The notes under the pieces were generated by a model. The model saw only the letters and a list, made by a program, of their open reading frames with translations, was not told the origin of the DNA and did no database searches. DNA of 64,000 nucleotides from Lama guanicoe (taxonomy: Eukaryota), in the NCBI GenBank assembly GCA_013239625.1, contig MU057344.1, forward strand, positions 9,150,727-9,214,726. Reading direction: 5' to 3'. Below are positions 36,801-50,124 of this stretch, piece by piece (within the stretch, counting starts at the first letter, position 1; the number at the start of each line of letters is the position of its first letter). The position numbers and the translations under genes were made by a program.

Positions 36801-37071
36801 TCCCCGGAGTGGAGGTCTTGGAGCGCCTGGCCTCTCCCTGCACGCCCGCCGTCCCCCAACCCAGCGCACAGAAAGAGTGTGAGTTTGCGGGGAGCACCTA
36901 GGACTTCAGTTCCGCCGGGTCAGAGGGCAATTTCTCTCTTCCCTCCTAGGCCCCAGAAGGCCACTGCTGTTCCTCACTGAAGCTCTCATTTATTGGAACC
37001 ACTTGGTGGCTGCAGTGTTGGCAACTTGTCCAGTTTGTATGTGAGCACACACTTTAAAAAGGCGACGTTCA

Positions 37072-37162
37072 AGAAGTGTATAGCCCAGTGGTGGGGTGCT
37101 TAGCATGCACGAGGTCCTGGGTTCAATCCCCACTAGCTCCATTAAATAAATAAATAAATTAA
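37072..37162 (+). mobile_element. Vic-1-like SINE (short form)
   Basis: gtatagcccagtgg ... gcttagcatgcacgaggtcctgggttcaatcccc plus (TAAA)n. Flanks aaaggcgac / aaaggccac. Confidence 0.85.
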
Positions 37163-38401
37163 AGGCCACAGGGAGCTGTTGCTTGACAGGATAAGCAGAC
37201 GTCATTTATTATCCTCCCATCACCTCAGCTTGCAGGCCCAGGGCCGAACTCCTGCCCCTCCTCTCCCTCCCCCCAGGCCCGGAGGGAGAGGCTGACACCA
37301 GGGAAGAGGCTGATATTCACCTCCACAGGCTCACCTCTTGTCCAAAGGGGAAACGAGGATGTGCATTGGGAAAAAAAATCAGATGGTCAGACTGATGAAG
37401 GGCTGCCTGGAGTTTCCGTGTTTGTAAAAATGAAATCCTGTCCGAGACACATTTCATTGTCCATCCAGGAGGTACTGACCAGGCCTCACAGAGGAACCAA
37501 GGGAGAACCTGGCTGAGTCCAGGAGTTGTGTTCTTAGAGAGGTCCGGAAAGAATTGGCTTAAAATGGAATTGGAGCTCTCCCTTACCATACTGCTCATCA
37601 CAGGGGCCGAGGCGAGGGTACTGGGAGAGGCACTTATCGGGTACCCAAGTCTTGCCCCAAGACAAGGTGCTGCAGGGCATCCAGGGGAGGCAGAAGGTCC
37701 AGTCCTTGCCAGCTCAGGTACAGAAACATGGCAGACGTGGGAGGATTTAAACAAGTGAGAGGGAGGTGCTATCAATCCTGACACCGCAGGGCGTGTTCTG
37801 TGTGGCCCCTGTCCGCTTAGGCGGAGGTGGCGGGTCTTGACGTGGATCTTTCCAGAAACCTTGTGCTGTGGACTTGGTCTACATGGATAGGAGTCCCGAG
37901 CCCCCCATGGTGGAGCTCCAGGTGGGCAGCAGCGAGGTGCCCCCCAGGGCTGCTCTGTGGACGCGCGAGGACTTGGTTAGATCGCAGGAGCGCCCCGGGC
38001 CGCGTGAGGTCAGCAATGGATTTTGCGGCGACCCTGGTCCCCTCAAGAGCTGCTCCTTTCTCCGAGGAGCCAGTTCTCACAGGCTGGCGCATCAGCTGGT
38101 TTTCTTCCGGTCTCAGGGAGATAATAACCATTGCTGTTCATGGCTCCTCTCCTCTTGGCTCGGACGTCTTAAACTTTTCCAGTTCGAGCCTAACTTTGGC
38201 CCAGCCAGAGGCCCTGGAGGGGCTGCCCCCTTTCGGAGTGGTTTTCTGACTTCAGTCTTGCACCGTCACCGGGAAGGTGGTTTAAAGCACAAACTCGCAG
38301 CCCCGCCCCAGATACTCTAATTACGGGGTCTCATTGCTGTTTCATGGGCTCAGCAAGAACTCTGAGGAGCTCCTGCTTCAGGTGGTTTAGTGATCCTAGT
38401 G

Positions 38402-38578
38402 CAGCGGAATTCAGAGTCACCCTGGGCCAGCACCACTGGGGACTTTGTCAGGAATGGAAATTCTCAGGCCCCATCTCCGACCTACTGAATCAGAGGCTGG
38501 GGTAGGGCCAATAATCTGGGTTTCAGCAGTTCTCCTGGAGATTCTGATGCAGGCTAAGGATTGAGAAAGAACCACCGC
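38402..38578. mobile_element. MER5A/B-like relic
   Basis: aaattctcaggccccatctccgacctactgaatcaga ... gattctgatgcaggctaaggattgagaa. Confidence 0.75.
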
Positions 38579-39004
38579 ACAAGGGTTTGCAACGGCCAAG
38601 GGTGTGCTGAATGCATTTCAAGCCCCACTCATTTGCCACTTGCTCTTGAGGATGAGGCACCAAATACCAGGGTGAGAAGGCAGATATAATTTTGATTAGG
38701 TCCTAATCTGGTGGTATTAAAAATTTACAAGGAAACTAAAAATAACCAGGAAATGATTCATGCTTAGATGTCTTATCACTGCCCTGCTGTCATCCTGGGT
38801 GTGTCACTCTGCACCGTGCATGCTGGCCTTGTGAGCCCAGGAGAGCTGCCCGAGCCTTCTGCGTTTCCTCAGGTCCCTCGGCTGTAACATGGGGATAACA
38901 TAGTGTCACCATCTACCTCAACAGTGTTAACACCTGTGTGAATTCCATAGACCAGAGCCCGGTGCAGAGCAAGCCAACACAGCTACTGATATTTGCTGGA
39001 AATC

Positions 39005-39238
39005 TTACGGCAGACAGCATTCTAAGTTGGTGCCAAGATCCCTACCCCCTAGTGGGGGGCATCTGGGAGTGTGAAGGCGTGTCACTCTGCAGTGAGGTTG
39101 TGTTGGCTGTCAGAGGTGATGGGATGTATTCCTGTAATCACATTATGTTATGTGACTCTGTCTTGGCGGACCAGGGAAAGAATCTCCTGCGGTCCTGGAG
39201 AAAGCAAATGGCCGTGTTTTGAGAGGGCCACTTGGTGA
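39005..39238 (+). mobile_element. MaLR LTR fragment (MLT1E/F-like)
   Basis: ggcagacagcattctaag ... gaggtgatgggatgt ... gaaagcaaatggccgtgttttgagagggccac. Confidence 0.55.
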
Positions 39239-39239
39239 G

Positions 39240-39575
39240 GACTGGATTCTGTGTACATTTGGAAGGTAGTGTCAACAGAATTTCCCAATAGATTAGATGT
39301 AGGTGATGAGAGAGAGGAGACAGAGGCTACTGTGAGGTTTTTGGTCTGAACAGCTGAGGATGGAGTTACCATCAGTGGAGATGGTGGAAGCTGTGTGGGG
39401 GGCAAATCTGGGGCAGAAGGTCAGGGGCTGAACATGTTGGGGTTGAAGTGTCTCGTAGACATTGACGTGGAGGTGGTGGGACTGTCATTGGAACACAAGC
39501 CAAGGTTGGGGGCCAGGACTGGGCTGGAGGTAAGACTTGGGAATCACAGGCACGTAGATGGTTTTTAGAGCCTCA
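39240..39575 (-). mobile_element. L2 fragment
   Basis: gaggtttttggtctgaacagctgaggatggagttacc ... gggctggaggtaagacttgggaatc. Confidence 0.75.
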
Positions 39576-39944
39576 GATAGAACCCTTCCATAAAGATACA
39601 TTTACGCAATTTAATGGACTCCTTCATTCTGATACTGTTCTTCATGAGCCTTCTGGTATTCACATGCTCTTTCCTTTTTGGAATAAAGTCAAGATTAGGT
39701 GGTGAACTTTTCTAATGTTCTTACTTCGCAAAGTAAACAATTAGGAGCCTTTGTCCACACAGGGGACGATGGAACTTGAAGAACCGAAGTAGAACAAATA
39801 GAAAAATACCACCAGATTAGATATAATCAAAATTATAACTGCCTTCTCACACTGTGCCCTGTCCTCAAGAGCAAGTGGCAAATGAGTGGGGCTTGAAATG
39901 CATTCAGCACACCCTTGGTTGTCGCACGGGTCTGGAGTGGAGAG

Positions 39945-41370
39945 CAGCCCAGTGAATTGTCACAAAGTGAGCACAACTGTGTAACCATTGCTATATTATC
40001 TCTACCCAAGGCTCCTCCTGCCTTCTTTTAGTCACCTCCCCACCTTTTCCCTAGGGGACCTCCCTCTTGACGTGTACGCTCTAGTGTAGTTTTGTCTCTT
40101 TTTGAGCTTCCGATGAATGGAATCATAGAATATGCTTTCCTTTCTGTCTGGTTTCTGTTCCTTCACCTACCATGGGGTTCACCCATGTTGTTGTGTGTAG
40201 CAATGGTTGGTTCTTTTCAGTGCTGTATAGTATTCTACTGTGTATCACACACATTTAATATGCCCACCATTCTGTTGATCATCCTTTGGGTTAGTTCTGG
40301 TTTTTGGCTGTTTTGAATGGTGCCTCTGTGCTTTCCTGTACCATTCTAGGTGTATAGTGCACACATGTGGTCAGGAGTAGAATAGGATGTGCCTGTGTTC
40401 ACCTTTAGATGCTGATGATCTTCCAGGGTGGCGATACCTGTTTGCTGTCTCACCAAAAGTGTACAAGTTCCAGTGGCTCTACATCATTTTGTCAACACTT
40501 GATATTGTCTTTTTCATTTTGGCCACTCTGGTGGTAGGGATAGTAGATCGTTGCTGTTTCCATTTGAATTTCCCTGAGGCCTAATGAGGGTGAACACCTT
40601 TTTTTTTTTTTGGCCATTTGGATATCTTCTTTTGTTGAGTGTTTGCTCGAGGCTTTTGTCCACTTCTTTATTGGGTTATCTGTCTTTTTCTTACTGAATT
40701 GTAGGGGTTTATAAATAATATGGATACCAGTCTTTGGGTCACAGATGTGTTCTCCCACTCCATGACTTGCCTTTCCACCCTCTTAATGGTGTCTTCTGAT
40801 GAGCAGAGATTCTAACTTTAATGTAATCCACAACATTAATCTTTTCCTAGGTGGATAGTGCTTTTTGCATCCTGTTTAAGAAATTTTTGCCTACTATGAG
40901 TTCTTAACTCATATTTGGATCTAAAATCCACCTGAAATTGATTTTTGTACATAGTGTGAGTTAGGGGGTCAAGATTCTTCTTTTCCAGTGTGAATATCCT
41001 ATTTGAAAAAATTTTTTTGGAGGGGGTATTTGGGTTTATTTAATTTTTTTAAAAATAGAAGTACTGCGGACTGAACCCAGGACCTTGTGCATGCTAAGCA
41101 TGCCCTCTACCAGTTGAGCTACACCCTCCCACTCCTGAATATTCTACTGACCCAGCACAACTTATTGAAAAGATCCTCCTTTCCCCCATGCTCTGCAGTG
41201 TTCTGTTTGCTATGAATCAAGTATCCTTATGTGTGTGATCTGTTTTGTATCTCTGCTATGTTTTATTAATAGACCATCTGTCTATTCTTGTTGTCACACC
41301 ATTCTATCTTAATTACTGTGGCATGTGAATCCTGCTGTCAAGGGGTGTGAGTCCTCCAGCTTTGCTTGGA
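39945..41370 (-). mobile_element. Old L1ME-type ORF2 3' region and 3' UTR
   Basis: gaatggaatcatagaatatg, ttggccatttggatatcttcttttg, attgatttttgtacatagtgtgag. Homologous to 8320-10320. Confidence 0.85.
41008..41132 (-). mobile_element. Vic-1-like SINE in L1
   Basis: tgaacccaggaccttgtgcatgctaagcatgccctctaccagttgagctacaccctccc. Degenerate TSD tgaatatcctat / tgaatattctac. Confidence 0.88.
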
Positions 41371-41655
41371 CTCTAACTAGTGAGCTTGACGGGCTAGCCA
41401 GGGGGACAGGTCAGATGTACAGCTCGGAGGCATGGAAATAACCCACCTGGAATGGCAAAAGCTACCTCTCCTGCCTGCCGTTGCATGCAGACCGTGCCAA
41501 GCCTTCTACACGCCCCATCTCAGATATTCTTTGAGGTCGTTGTCATCCAAGGATGGCTGATACTGAAAAAGATCCCTCAAAGTTTGGTTGCCTCAGTTGT
41601 TCTTGACCCTTTGTATTCCATAGTACATTTTATAATCAGTTCACAATGAAATCTT

Positions 41656-42480
41656 TTTTAACTGAAGTATAGTTAGTGACAGTGTGTCAGTTTCTGGTGT
41701 ACAACACGATGTCCCAGTCATGCATATACATACATAGATTTGTTTCCATGTTTGTTTTCATTAAAGGATATTACAAGATATTGAATATAGTTCCCTGTGC
41801 TATATGGAAGAAATTTGTTTTTTATCTATTTTTATATACAATGGTTAGCATTTGCAAATCTCAAACTCCCAAATTTATCCCTTCCCACTCCCTTTCCCTA
41901 GTAACCATAGATTGTTTACTACATCTGTGAGTCTGTTTCTTTTGTAGATGAGTTCATTAGTGTCCTCTTTTTTCTTTCTTTTTGTTTTTTTGTTTTAGAT
42001 TCCACATATGAGTGCTATCATATGGTATTTTTCTTTTTCTTTCTGACTTACTTCACTTAGAATGATGATCTCCAGGTCCATCTACGATGCAAATGGCATT
42101 ATTTTATTCTTTTTTATGGCTGAATAGTATTCCATTGTATAAACATACCACGACTTCTTTATCCAGTCATCTACTGATGGACACTTAGGTTGTTTCCATG
42201 CCTTGGCTATTGTAAGTAGTGCTGCTGTAAACATTGGGGTGCATGTATCTTATTGAATTAGAGTTCCCTCCAGATATATGCCCAAGAGTGGGACTGCTGG
42301 ATGATATGGTAAGTCTATTTTAAGCTTCTTGAGGAATCTCCATACTGTTTTCCATGGCTGCACCAAACTACATTCTCACCAACAGTGTAGGAAGGTTTGC
42401 TTTTCTCCACACCTTTTCCAGCATTTATTGTTAGTGGACTTTTGAATGGCTATTCTGACTGGTGCGAGGTGATAACTCAT
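41656..42480 (-). mobile_element. Young lineage-specific 5'-truncated L1 with perfect 13-bp TSD
   Basis: Reverse complement of the 34919 and 55125 L1 3' ends. TSD acaatgaaatctt at 41643-41655 and 42481-42493. Confidence 0.93.
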
Positions 42481-42574
42481 ACAATGAAATCTTGATGTTA
42501 TTTGATTGAGATTTCATTGGTTTATGTTCAATTTGAGAAGAACAGATTTGTTTTCAGTATTGAGTCTTTTAATG

Positions 42575-42799
42575 CAGGGGTTTGACAAACTTTTTCTGTA
42601 AAGATTCCAAGAGTAAAAACTTTAGTCTTTGTGGGACATACAGTGTCTGTTGCAGCTACTCAGCTCTGCTGTTGCAGAATGACAGAAGCCATGGATAGTA
42701 TACAAAGGAATGAATGTAGCTGTGTTCCAATAAAACTTCATTGATAGAAAAGAGGCAGTGGGACAGACTTAGCCATAGGCTGCAGTTTGCTGACTCCTG
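42575..42799 (-). mobile_element. MER58A
   Basis: caggggtttgacaaactttttctgtaaag ... gctgtgttccaataaaactt ... gcagtttgctgactcctg. Confidence 0.85.
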
Positions 42800-44369
42800 C
42801 TCTAATTCATGAGCTTCTTCTCCAAGTTCTTTCATATCTTCCTGCTGTATGAAATCCTGAAGTCTGGGGACAATAGCTAATCCCTGACTCATATTTCTGT
42901 CCTGCCTTGCCCAATAATTATTTGCATTTTGACTGGAATCTCTGATTAGGTCATGAGCCATTTGAGACCAGGGACTGGGGTTTTTCCATTTCTTTTATCC
43001 CTGTGGTGCTCTATGCAAGGTCTGGCACGCACAATGGTGCAGTAGGTTACTTGGATCCAAATGTGATGTTGACAAGGAAGTAGAGGAGGAGGAGTTTAGA
43101 AGCTCTCCCTGGGGGCCTTGCGCCCCAGCTTTCTCTGCCTTTTCTATAGTGTTCTGGGGGAAACCCATGGCCCCACAACTTGGCTCTGTCTCTTCTTTGA
43201 GGATTATCAGCTTCCTCCCTCTTACATTCCTCCAGGAAAGTTCTAGGTCCTTTGGGCAGACAGGAGGAACGTGTATGTATTAGATTTGGGGCCCCCTGAC
43301 AGCCAGTCTGCGTTTGTTTGCCTCCCGGCCCCCAACATGTCACTCCGTGAGCTTCTGAATGAATGAATGCACTAGCCCAGGGAGAAGGAGCTGCTGTTTC
43401 TATTTGGTGTTGGAAAGCCTTTGGTAGTACCTCTCAGGATCACGCCTCTTTTAAAATGGTGGCACTCTGTGCCTGGCCTCCGAGGGAGGGGTTTTGGGGG
43501 GCCCCCCTTGCAGCAGCCCCTGACAGAGCGGCCCGGGCGCTCTGCAGTTTGAGTTTTGCTGAGGTCTGACCCTGAATGGAAGGAAAGAGAACCCGACTGA
43601 GCACAGCCTATGCTGACCTTCTCCCCGTGACGTACAGCTTCACACCCGCAGTCGCTGGTCACCCTGAGCAGACGTGACTCAGCACATCGCAGCCTCGGAG
43701 GCTGATGGGGGCCACTCGGGGCGTCTGGCCCGAGGACGCCTGGGCTGGCTGTCCACCCTCAGGGTCAGCGGCAGGACCACGCGCGTCCTGGGACTTCCCA
43801 GCTCAGCTTAGAAACTGGCAGCCCTTGGAATGCTTTTTTTCTCACTTTTGTTTTTAAAATGGTACCATATTATTTCTCTAGTCTAGTACTTAGAACATTG
43901 GTTATCACAATGTAGTTGCTCAAGGACTTCGGACCTAGTGAGGTCAGTGGGCTAGCCAGGTGGGCAGCCCAGAGGAGTGAGGACGGAGCGTCTGGAACCG
44001 CAGTAGCTGAATTTGCTGTGTGTTCGCTGCCTCCCAGACCCACGGCAAGCTCTCCACGCACTGCTCTGGTATTCTTTGTCATCCAGGGACGGCTGCAGCT
44101 GGAAGAAGCCCCTCAAAGTGAATCCACGCAAAAGGGGACCAAAATTTTAAAGTGAACAGTGGTGGTTGAGATTGAAAAGGTTTAGGACTTAAGCATTAGA
44201 TCAGCAAACTTTCGAAATAAGTGTCTTTAATGTTACAAAATTTAAATTGGGGAGAGGGTGTGAAGGAGACTTCAACTTCAGGGATATGTTCTGTTGTTTT
44301 AAAAAAAAAAACAAATGTGAAGCAAATATAGCAAAGCGATCATTTACTAATTCTGGGTGGTATTATAGT

Positions 44370-44512
44370 CTTTTTTTTTTAAATAACAACTTTATTGAGA
44401 TTTAATTCGTATACTACACAATTCATCCATTTAAAGTGTGCAGTTCACTGGTTTTTGTATAGTCCCAGGTTTGTGCCACCATCATCAAAGTCAATTTTGG
44501 ACCATTTTCAAT
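44370..44512 (-). mobile_element. L1MB-type extreme 3' end
   Basis: aacaactttattgagatttaattc ... caattcatccatttaaagtgtgcagttc. Confidence 0.75.
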
Positions 44513-44521
44513 GTTTTTTGA

Positions 44522-44647
44522 AAAATGTTTTTTGGTGGGGGAGGTAATTAGGTTTATTTATTCATTTTAATGGCGGTGCTGGGGGTTGAGTCCAGGACCT
44601 CATGCATGCTAAGCAGGCACTCTACCACTGAGCTCTACCCTCCCCCC
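44522..44647 (-). mobile_element. Vic-1-like SINE (long form)
   Basis: ggggaggtaattaggtttatttatt ... ccaggacctcatgcatgctaagcaggcactctaccactgagctctaccctccccc. Confidence 0.88.
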
Positions 44648-46214
44648 AGTTTTTGATTATGTTCTCTCTTGACTTTCCCTTTTTCAGAGTCGAGTTCTGA
44701 CCCAGTGTGTGTGCATTTATGTTGTATTACACGTCATACAGTCCGTTACCTACGTACAGTGGGTTACAGTTGCTGGGGTTGGTCTCTCCTGACAAATCCT
44801 TTCTCCAGTTCCTCCTGACACTGGGTTGTGGTCCTGCTGGTCCCCACAGCACCTGTGCGTCCGTCATGGCCTGAGTTTACGGCGATGTTATTGTGCAGAT
44901 GGGCGGGCCAGGGATGACCCTCTGCCCTGTGCTGTCTGGGACCCCCAGTGAGCCCTGCGCTTCCCCACCGGGAGCACAGAGGATGCTCACTGTTAGTTCG
45001 GTGGCACCCCTCCCTACGTGGCAAGAAAGTACTTCCCTTTCTCTGCCTGAAGTTACTCATTCAGTGTCTAGGACAAGAATGAAACAACGTGCAGCTCCCA
45101 GCTGTGTGTCTGGGTCTCCCAGGAACTTTCTTCTGCACTTCCCCAGCCTCTTGCTGTTTTTTTTTCAGTTCCCCTTTGGACAAAGGTGTGCACACACAGG
45201 AAGTGACACTGGGTACTGATTAAAGTGAAGTTGACAGCTCGCTGTTATTAATGAGTATAAATAACCAGGCACTGAAAATGAGAGAGGAAGATTTATCTGT
45301 GTTTGAAGAGTTAAAAACCTCTTGGGAACTTCCGTGCATTACTGAAATAAAGGGCTGTAAATCTTCCCGAGCACAAAGCAGTATTTTAAGGTGACAAAAG
45401 GCTGGCTAGACTGACAGATTCTATTTAATATCGAGGTGACAGTTGAAATAGCATCCTCCTCATTTGCTATTTTTCCAAGTTCGGGCTTCAAAGGGAGGAA
45501 CTGGGGAGACAAAAAGCATTCCTCATGTAAGTTTTCCACTTCCTTTCAAAGGTTAATATTGCTGTTGTGCTTAAAGAAAAGAAGAACGTGCAAAAGTATA
45601 TGTTTTAAATATGCATTTGTTTTAAAGTAGGTAAAAGTAAAATCTATGTCACTTAGTCCCTTATTTCCCACAAGAACCCTCTGGCAGGGTGATGTCCTTG
45701 GAGCATGAAAGCTGTGCTGGTGAAGAGATGCCATGTTTTCAGTGTCTTTAAGCTGGATTCTACCTTCTGTATGTGACCCAATTTCCATGTCCCATAAAGC
45801 CCTTCCAGGAGCCTTAGAAGATCAAGCAATGCTGCCTTTTTGGGTTTCATTAATAGAAGATGATGTCAAGGTGAATTGCTAATAGACTCACGGGGTGGGC
45901 AGGTCACCTTCCCTGGGATCAGTCCAGTCCACGTGCCGTTGAAAGTGGAGGGTCACACAGGGACCTAGAGGCAGGTCTGGAAACCTTTCTGTATGAGACA
46001 TTACTGAGCAGGATAGGACATTGCAGAGAAGACATAAACTGGGGCCTGGGAGCTGTTTGTAGACACCTGATAGGTTTCCAGCAGAGGGAAGTAATTTATT
46101 CTGTGCATCACATCAGGAGGCTGGGTTAGAACAGCTGGGAAAAGAGCTAGGGTGGGTGGGTTAAGAACTTGGTCTTTGCATCAGACAGACCTGTATCCAA
46201 GCCCCAGTCTCACT

Positions 46215-46600
46215 GCTTCATTCAACAACTCTTGGTTGAGGGGGTTCTACTTGGAGCCAGGCACTTTTCCAGGCATGAGGAATACAGTAAGTACAGGACA
46301 GAGAAGGCCCCTGCCCTCATGGGGCTTACATCTGAGTGGGGAAGCTGAAAAGAAACCCTATTCAGATCTTAAGGTTATGCAGCAAATGAAACAGGGTGAT
46401 TGAGAGAAAACTGGATGTGTGTGGGTGGAAGGGACTGCTGTGTACGGCGTGCTCAGAGGCTTCTTTACAAGGGTAAACATTTAGGCTAAAGCATGAGTTA
46501 TGGGAGGCAGGGAGCCAGTCCCATGAAGATCCGGGGGAGGGCACCCAGCAGGGGCAGAGGCAACACAAAGACATCGTGGTGGGAGGCAGCCTTGAGTGCT
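46215..46600 (-). mobile_element. L2 3' region
   Basis: ttcattcaacaa ... gagccaggcac ... ccctgccctcatggggcttacatct. Confidence 0.78.
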
Positions 46601-48094
46601 CAGGGTTCAAACCCTCAACCTCAGAGCTGGGCTGCACGTACAGGGAGGGCTAGAGGGCGTGCTTCCATCGGAGAGTCAGAGGTTTCGTGGCTCAGGTCTC
46701 GGGGGAGGATGAGCTCTTCTGCAGAACCCTGCCTGTGGCTCTAATCCCCGCAGCGTCCCTGCTGCTTCTGGACGGGCTTTCCCATGCTCTTAACCCACCT
46801 GCGTGGAGACCCTACTTTGTCACTTCTTGTGCTGGGTCCTGTTTAGGGCCACAGATGGTGATGATGGTAGTCACAGCTAACTGCACATCGCCGCTCACGC
46901 TGAGGACTGTTGCGTGCGCAACACTTTGTGTGCCGTCTTGAACCCCTGCTGGCTGGGGACGATTTGCCTTCCCCTGTTGTTCTGATGACCCTGAGGCTAG
47001 AGACGGTCCAGGCCTCGCCCAGGGTCGCACAGCAGCAGTGCTGCTTCTCGAGGCTTGTGGCTAGTTTCTGGAACTACAAACCAGGAGAGAAGTCTGGGAG
47101 TAGAGTTTAGAAACGCACCACGTCCAGGACACCAGCGTCTGTACCGTGTGGACTAGAATAATTTAAAGTATTAGAAAACATGATTCTTTGTCCTGAATGA
47201 AATGTTCACCCATCAAGGCCCTGTGTCATGGTGACAGTTGAGGGCATACGTGGGCATATGTTTTTGGAGGGGTGACCTTCCAGACAGCAGACTTCTTCAA
47301 AACAAGCTAAGCATCGATGTCTAATACAATACTGTGATCTTTAATTTTTGAATGAGTAGATGCTTTGGGGCAAAAAAGAGAGCTTCATCTGAGGAAATCT
47401 TTCTTTTTCTTCTTTTCCCTGATACCTAATCTTTTGGGAAAGAGCCCTAACAAGGGATAGATCCAAATAGTTTTTCTGCCCCCAAACTAGCTGTGTGATT
47501 GTGGACGCTTCTCCTGGGAATTTTCTGGACTGTACCTCACTGAGCCAGCGATGACCCAGGTAGGCTCAGCTTCAACACTCGAATTCTAATTAAGGGGGCC
47601 CAGGGGTGGCACCTGCTAAGCACCTGCCTGCATTTTATCCCGACCGTCTTTGTCTCGTTCGGTGCAGTTTCAAACTCAGGCAGCAGACGTACCCCACGCA
47701 CTCATTCAGGAGCGAGGTTGACTCCCGCTGTGAGCTCTCTGTCTTCATGACTGCATCCTGGCTTCCCAGGAGGAGATGGATTGTCCTGGAGGCGCACTGC
47801 AGCTCAGAAGCCTGCAGCCATCCATCATCGGGACACCGTCTTTATGGGCAGAATGACTTTGGTGACGCTGGCACCAATGTCAGCTCCGGGCGTTGGTGCC
47901 CAGTGTGAGCCTGACGCCCAGGGGCACTGGGAGCAGCTACTAGTTGATAAAGGAGCTGTATTAATGAGTTAAAAGATGGGCCAGTTAGGGGACACTGGGG
48001 AGTCTGGCCACAGGAGGCTTGGCATAGTGAGGGAGGGGGCTGGGGAGCATCCGGTGTGTGTTGGGAGGAGGTCCGGTGCAGAGGAGAGAGGATA

Positions 48095-48340
48095 AACTAA
48101 TGGCTAACACTGAGCACTGGCCAGGACTAGCTCCCATGCTAAATGCTTTGCAAGGACCGTTTTCATGAAATCCCCATGGCAACCCTCAGACTGAGGTATT
48201 ACTGTTGTCAGTTTGATGGATGGGGAAGCTGAGGGAGGCCCTGAGTGTTTGAGCCGCTTCCCCAAGGTTAGTCTCAGCGGGGTGGAGCGGGGATTTGAAC
48301 GCAGGCAATCTGATTTTGGAGTCCAACTCTTAACCATTGC
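48095..48340 (-). mobile_element. MIR
   Basis: tggctaacactgagcact ... ggatttgaacgcaggcaatctgattttggagtccaactcttaacca. Confidence 0.8.
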
Positions 48341-48349
48341 CCGCTGCGG

Positions 48350-48763
48350 CTCCGACTTCTCTGTCCCTTTCCTGTGCGTCTTTACCATGTGACTTTGCCA
48401 TGCATCCCAACAGAGTAGAGGCAATTTCCCCCTGCCCTATTTGGTGTTGGACTTGGCCATGTGACTTGGTTTGGCCAATGGAATATTAGTGGCTGTGATT
48501 CAAGCAGAGACTTGCAATGGGCTGGTCTGATTGGCTTGGATTCTCACCTTTCTGCTACCTGCTGTGACAAGAACGTGACCTCCTGGGAAGCTGTTTCTAT
48601 GTGCAGTTGACCTCAACTCAGCCTGCAGCCTGAAGCTAAACTGAGCCAGAGCAGCAGAGTACAGCCCATGTGTAGATCCACGGGTGAGAAATAAATGCTT
48701 CTTGTAAGTCACTGGGTTTGGGGCCTGTTACGTGGCATTGGCATAGCAGTAGTTGACTGACAC
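48350..48763 (+). mobile_element. MaLR solo LTR (MLT1I/J-like)
   Basis: ttggccatgtgacttggtttggccaatggaat ... gtgagaaataaatgctt ... atagcagtagttgactgacaca. Confidence 0.78.
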
Positions 48764-48819
48764 AGTGGGATCTGCTTAATCATTTTCTTTTTCTCCCTTC
48801 TTTCCTTTTTCTTGCTCTG

Positions 48820-49065
48820 TCTTCCATTAAACACCTACTATGTGACAGGTGCTGCGCTAGGGTTGGGGAAAACAGACACACAGTTCCTGCCCTCACAGAG
48901 CCCAGTCTTGTGGGGGAGTTTGTTGATAGACAGGTGACTTGATATGCTGTACTTGAAGTGCAAGCAAAGCATGAGAATCATGGACTCTGCCCAGGAGTTT
49001 GGAGACAGTTTTACTTACGTGATAACATTTGGTCTGGGCTTTGCAGGCTTCATAGGAGTTTTCCA
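48820..49065 (-). mobile_element. L2 fragment
   Basis: cattaaacacctactatgtgacaggtgctgcgctagg ... cctgccctcacagag. Confidence 0.7.
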
Positions 49066-50124
49066 GAACTGCTATTCTAGAACAAAGAAAGTGCTTTATT
49101 TAACAGTCTCTGCGTCCTTGGGGTCTGCTACATGACAGACACCCAGTCACAGTTTGGAAAGAGGAAACTCTGGTGGTCCTTAGAGAATCCTGGACTGACC
49201 CCTCCCCCCAAGCCAGCCAAAATAACTCCCACAAATCTGGTCCAAAGTCTTGCACCCTGTATCTTCTAGTGCCTTTCCCCCTGCAAAACCTCCCTTATTT
49301 GTCTGAACTTGAATGAAGCAGGAAGCAGCTTCTGCGGGTTCCCAGTAAGATCCTGTGGTCAGAGCATCTGTGTAGGGGGCCCTTGGTTTTCTTGTGATTA
49401 AATAGTGGATGGCCATTCATTTCTGTTCACGTTGGAAGAATTCAAATTTGTCAATTAACGTAGTGAATTGCAAAATTTAAGGAGATGATAGTTTCCACAA
49501 AATAAAAGCAATCACTACATTTTTATGACACGATTTTAATGGTTCAACTGCATGGCTATGATTGGATTTTTAAACATAAATTAGTAATTCTCCTTCCAAA
49601 TGCAGCTTCCCTGATGTGTTTTAATTGCCGTGCTTTGCCGTGCAGGAAAACCTGGCCGGGTGTGACTGAAGCAAATTGCTTCTTTGGGAACGTTGATGTT
49701 TCTCAGCAAGAGGGGCGTGTGGGTGTGCACGTGTGTGCACACACAGACACCTGTCTCTTTCTTGAAAGGTGCTGGGTTGAGGCTTAGCACTGAAGTTTCA
49801 GGGAAGCTTAAACCAGAAGCAGTCACGCCCTACAGCTTTATCCTGACTTCCCCATTATCCGGACTAATGAGAGAAGACCAAGGCCGTGGATAATCAAAAA
49901 CACGGACAACTGCCAGTGGGTGCTCTGTGTGTGTGCGTTTAGCACCTGGCCTATTACTACATGTGGCTTAGACTGAGCTATTTCAGAACCGAAAGTCAGG
50001 ATGCAGCTTCTCACGATTAAGTTTTCTGATTGGTAGGTGTATTTATATGAAACATACTTACAAAGATGTACAGCTTAAGTTCTACATTTACCAACTCATC
50101 TAGAAAAGAGAGAACGAGATTATT

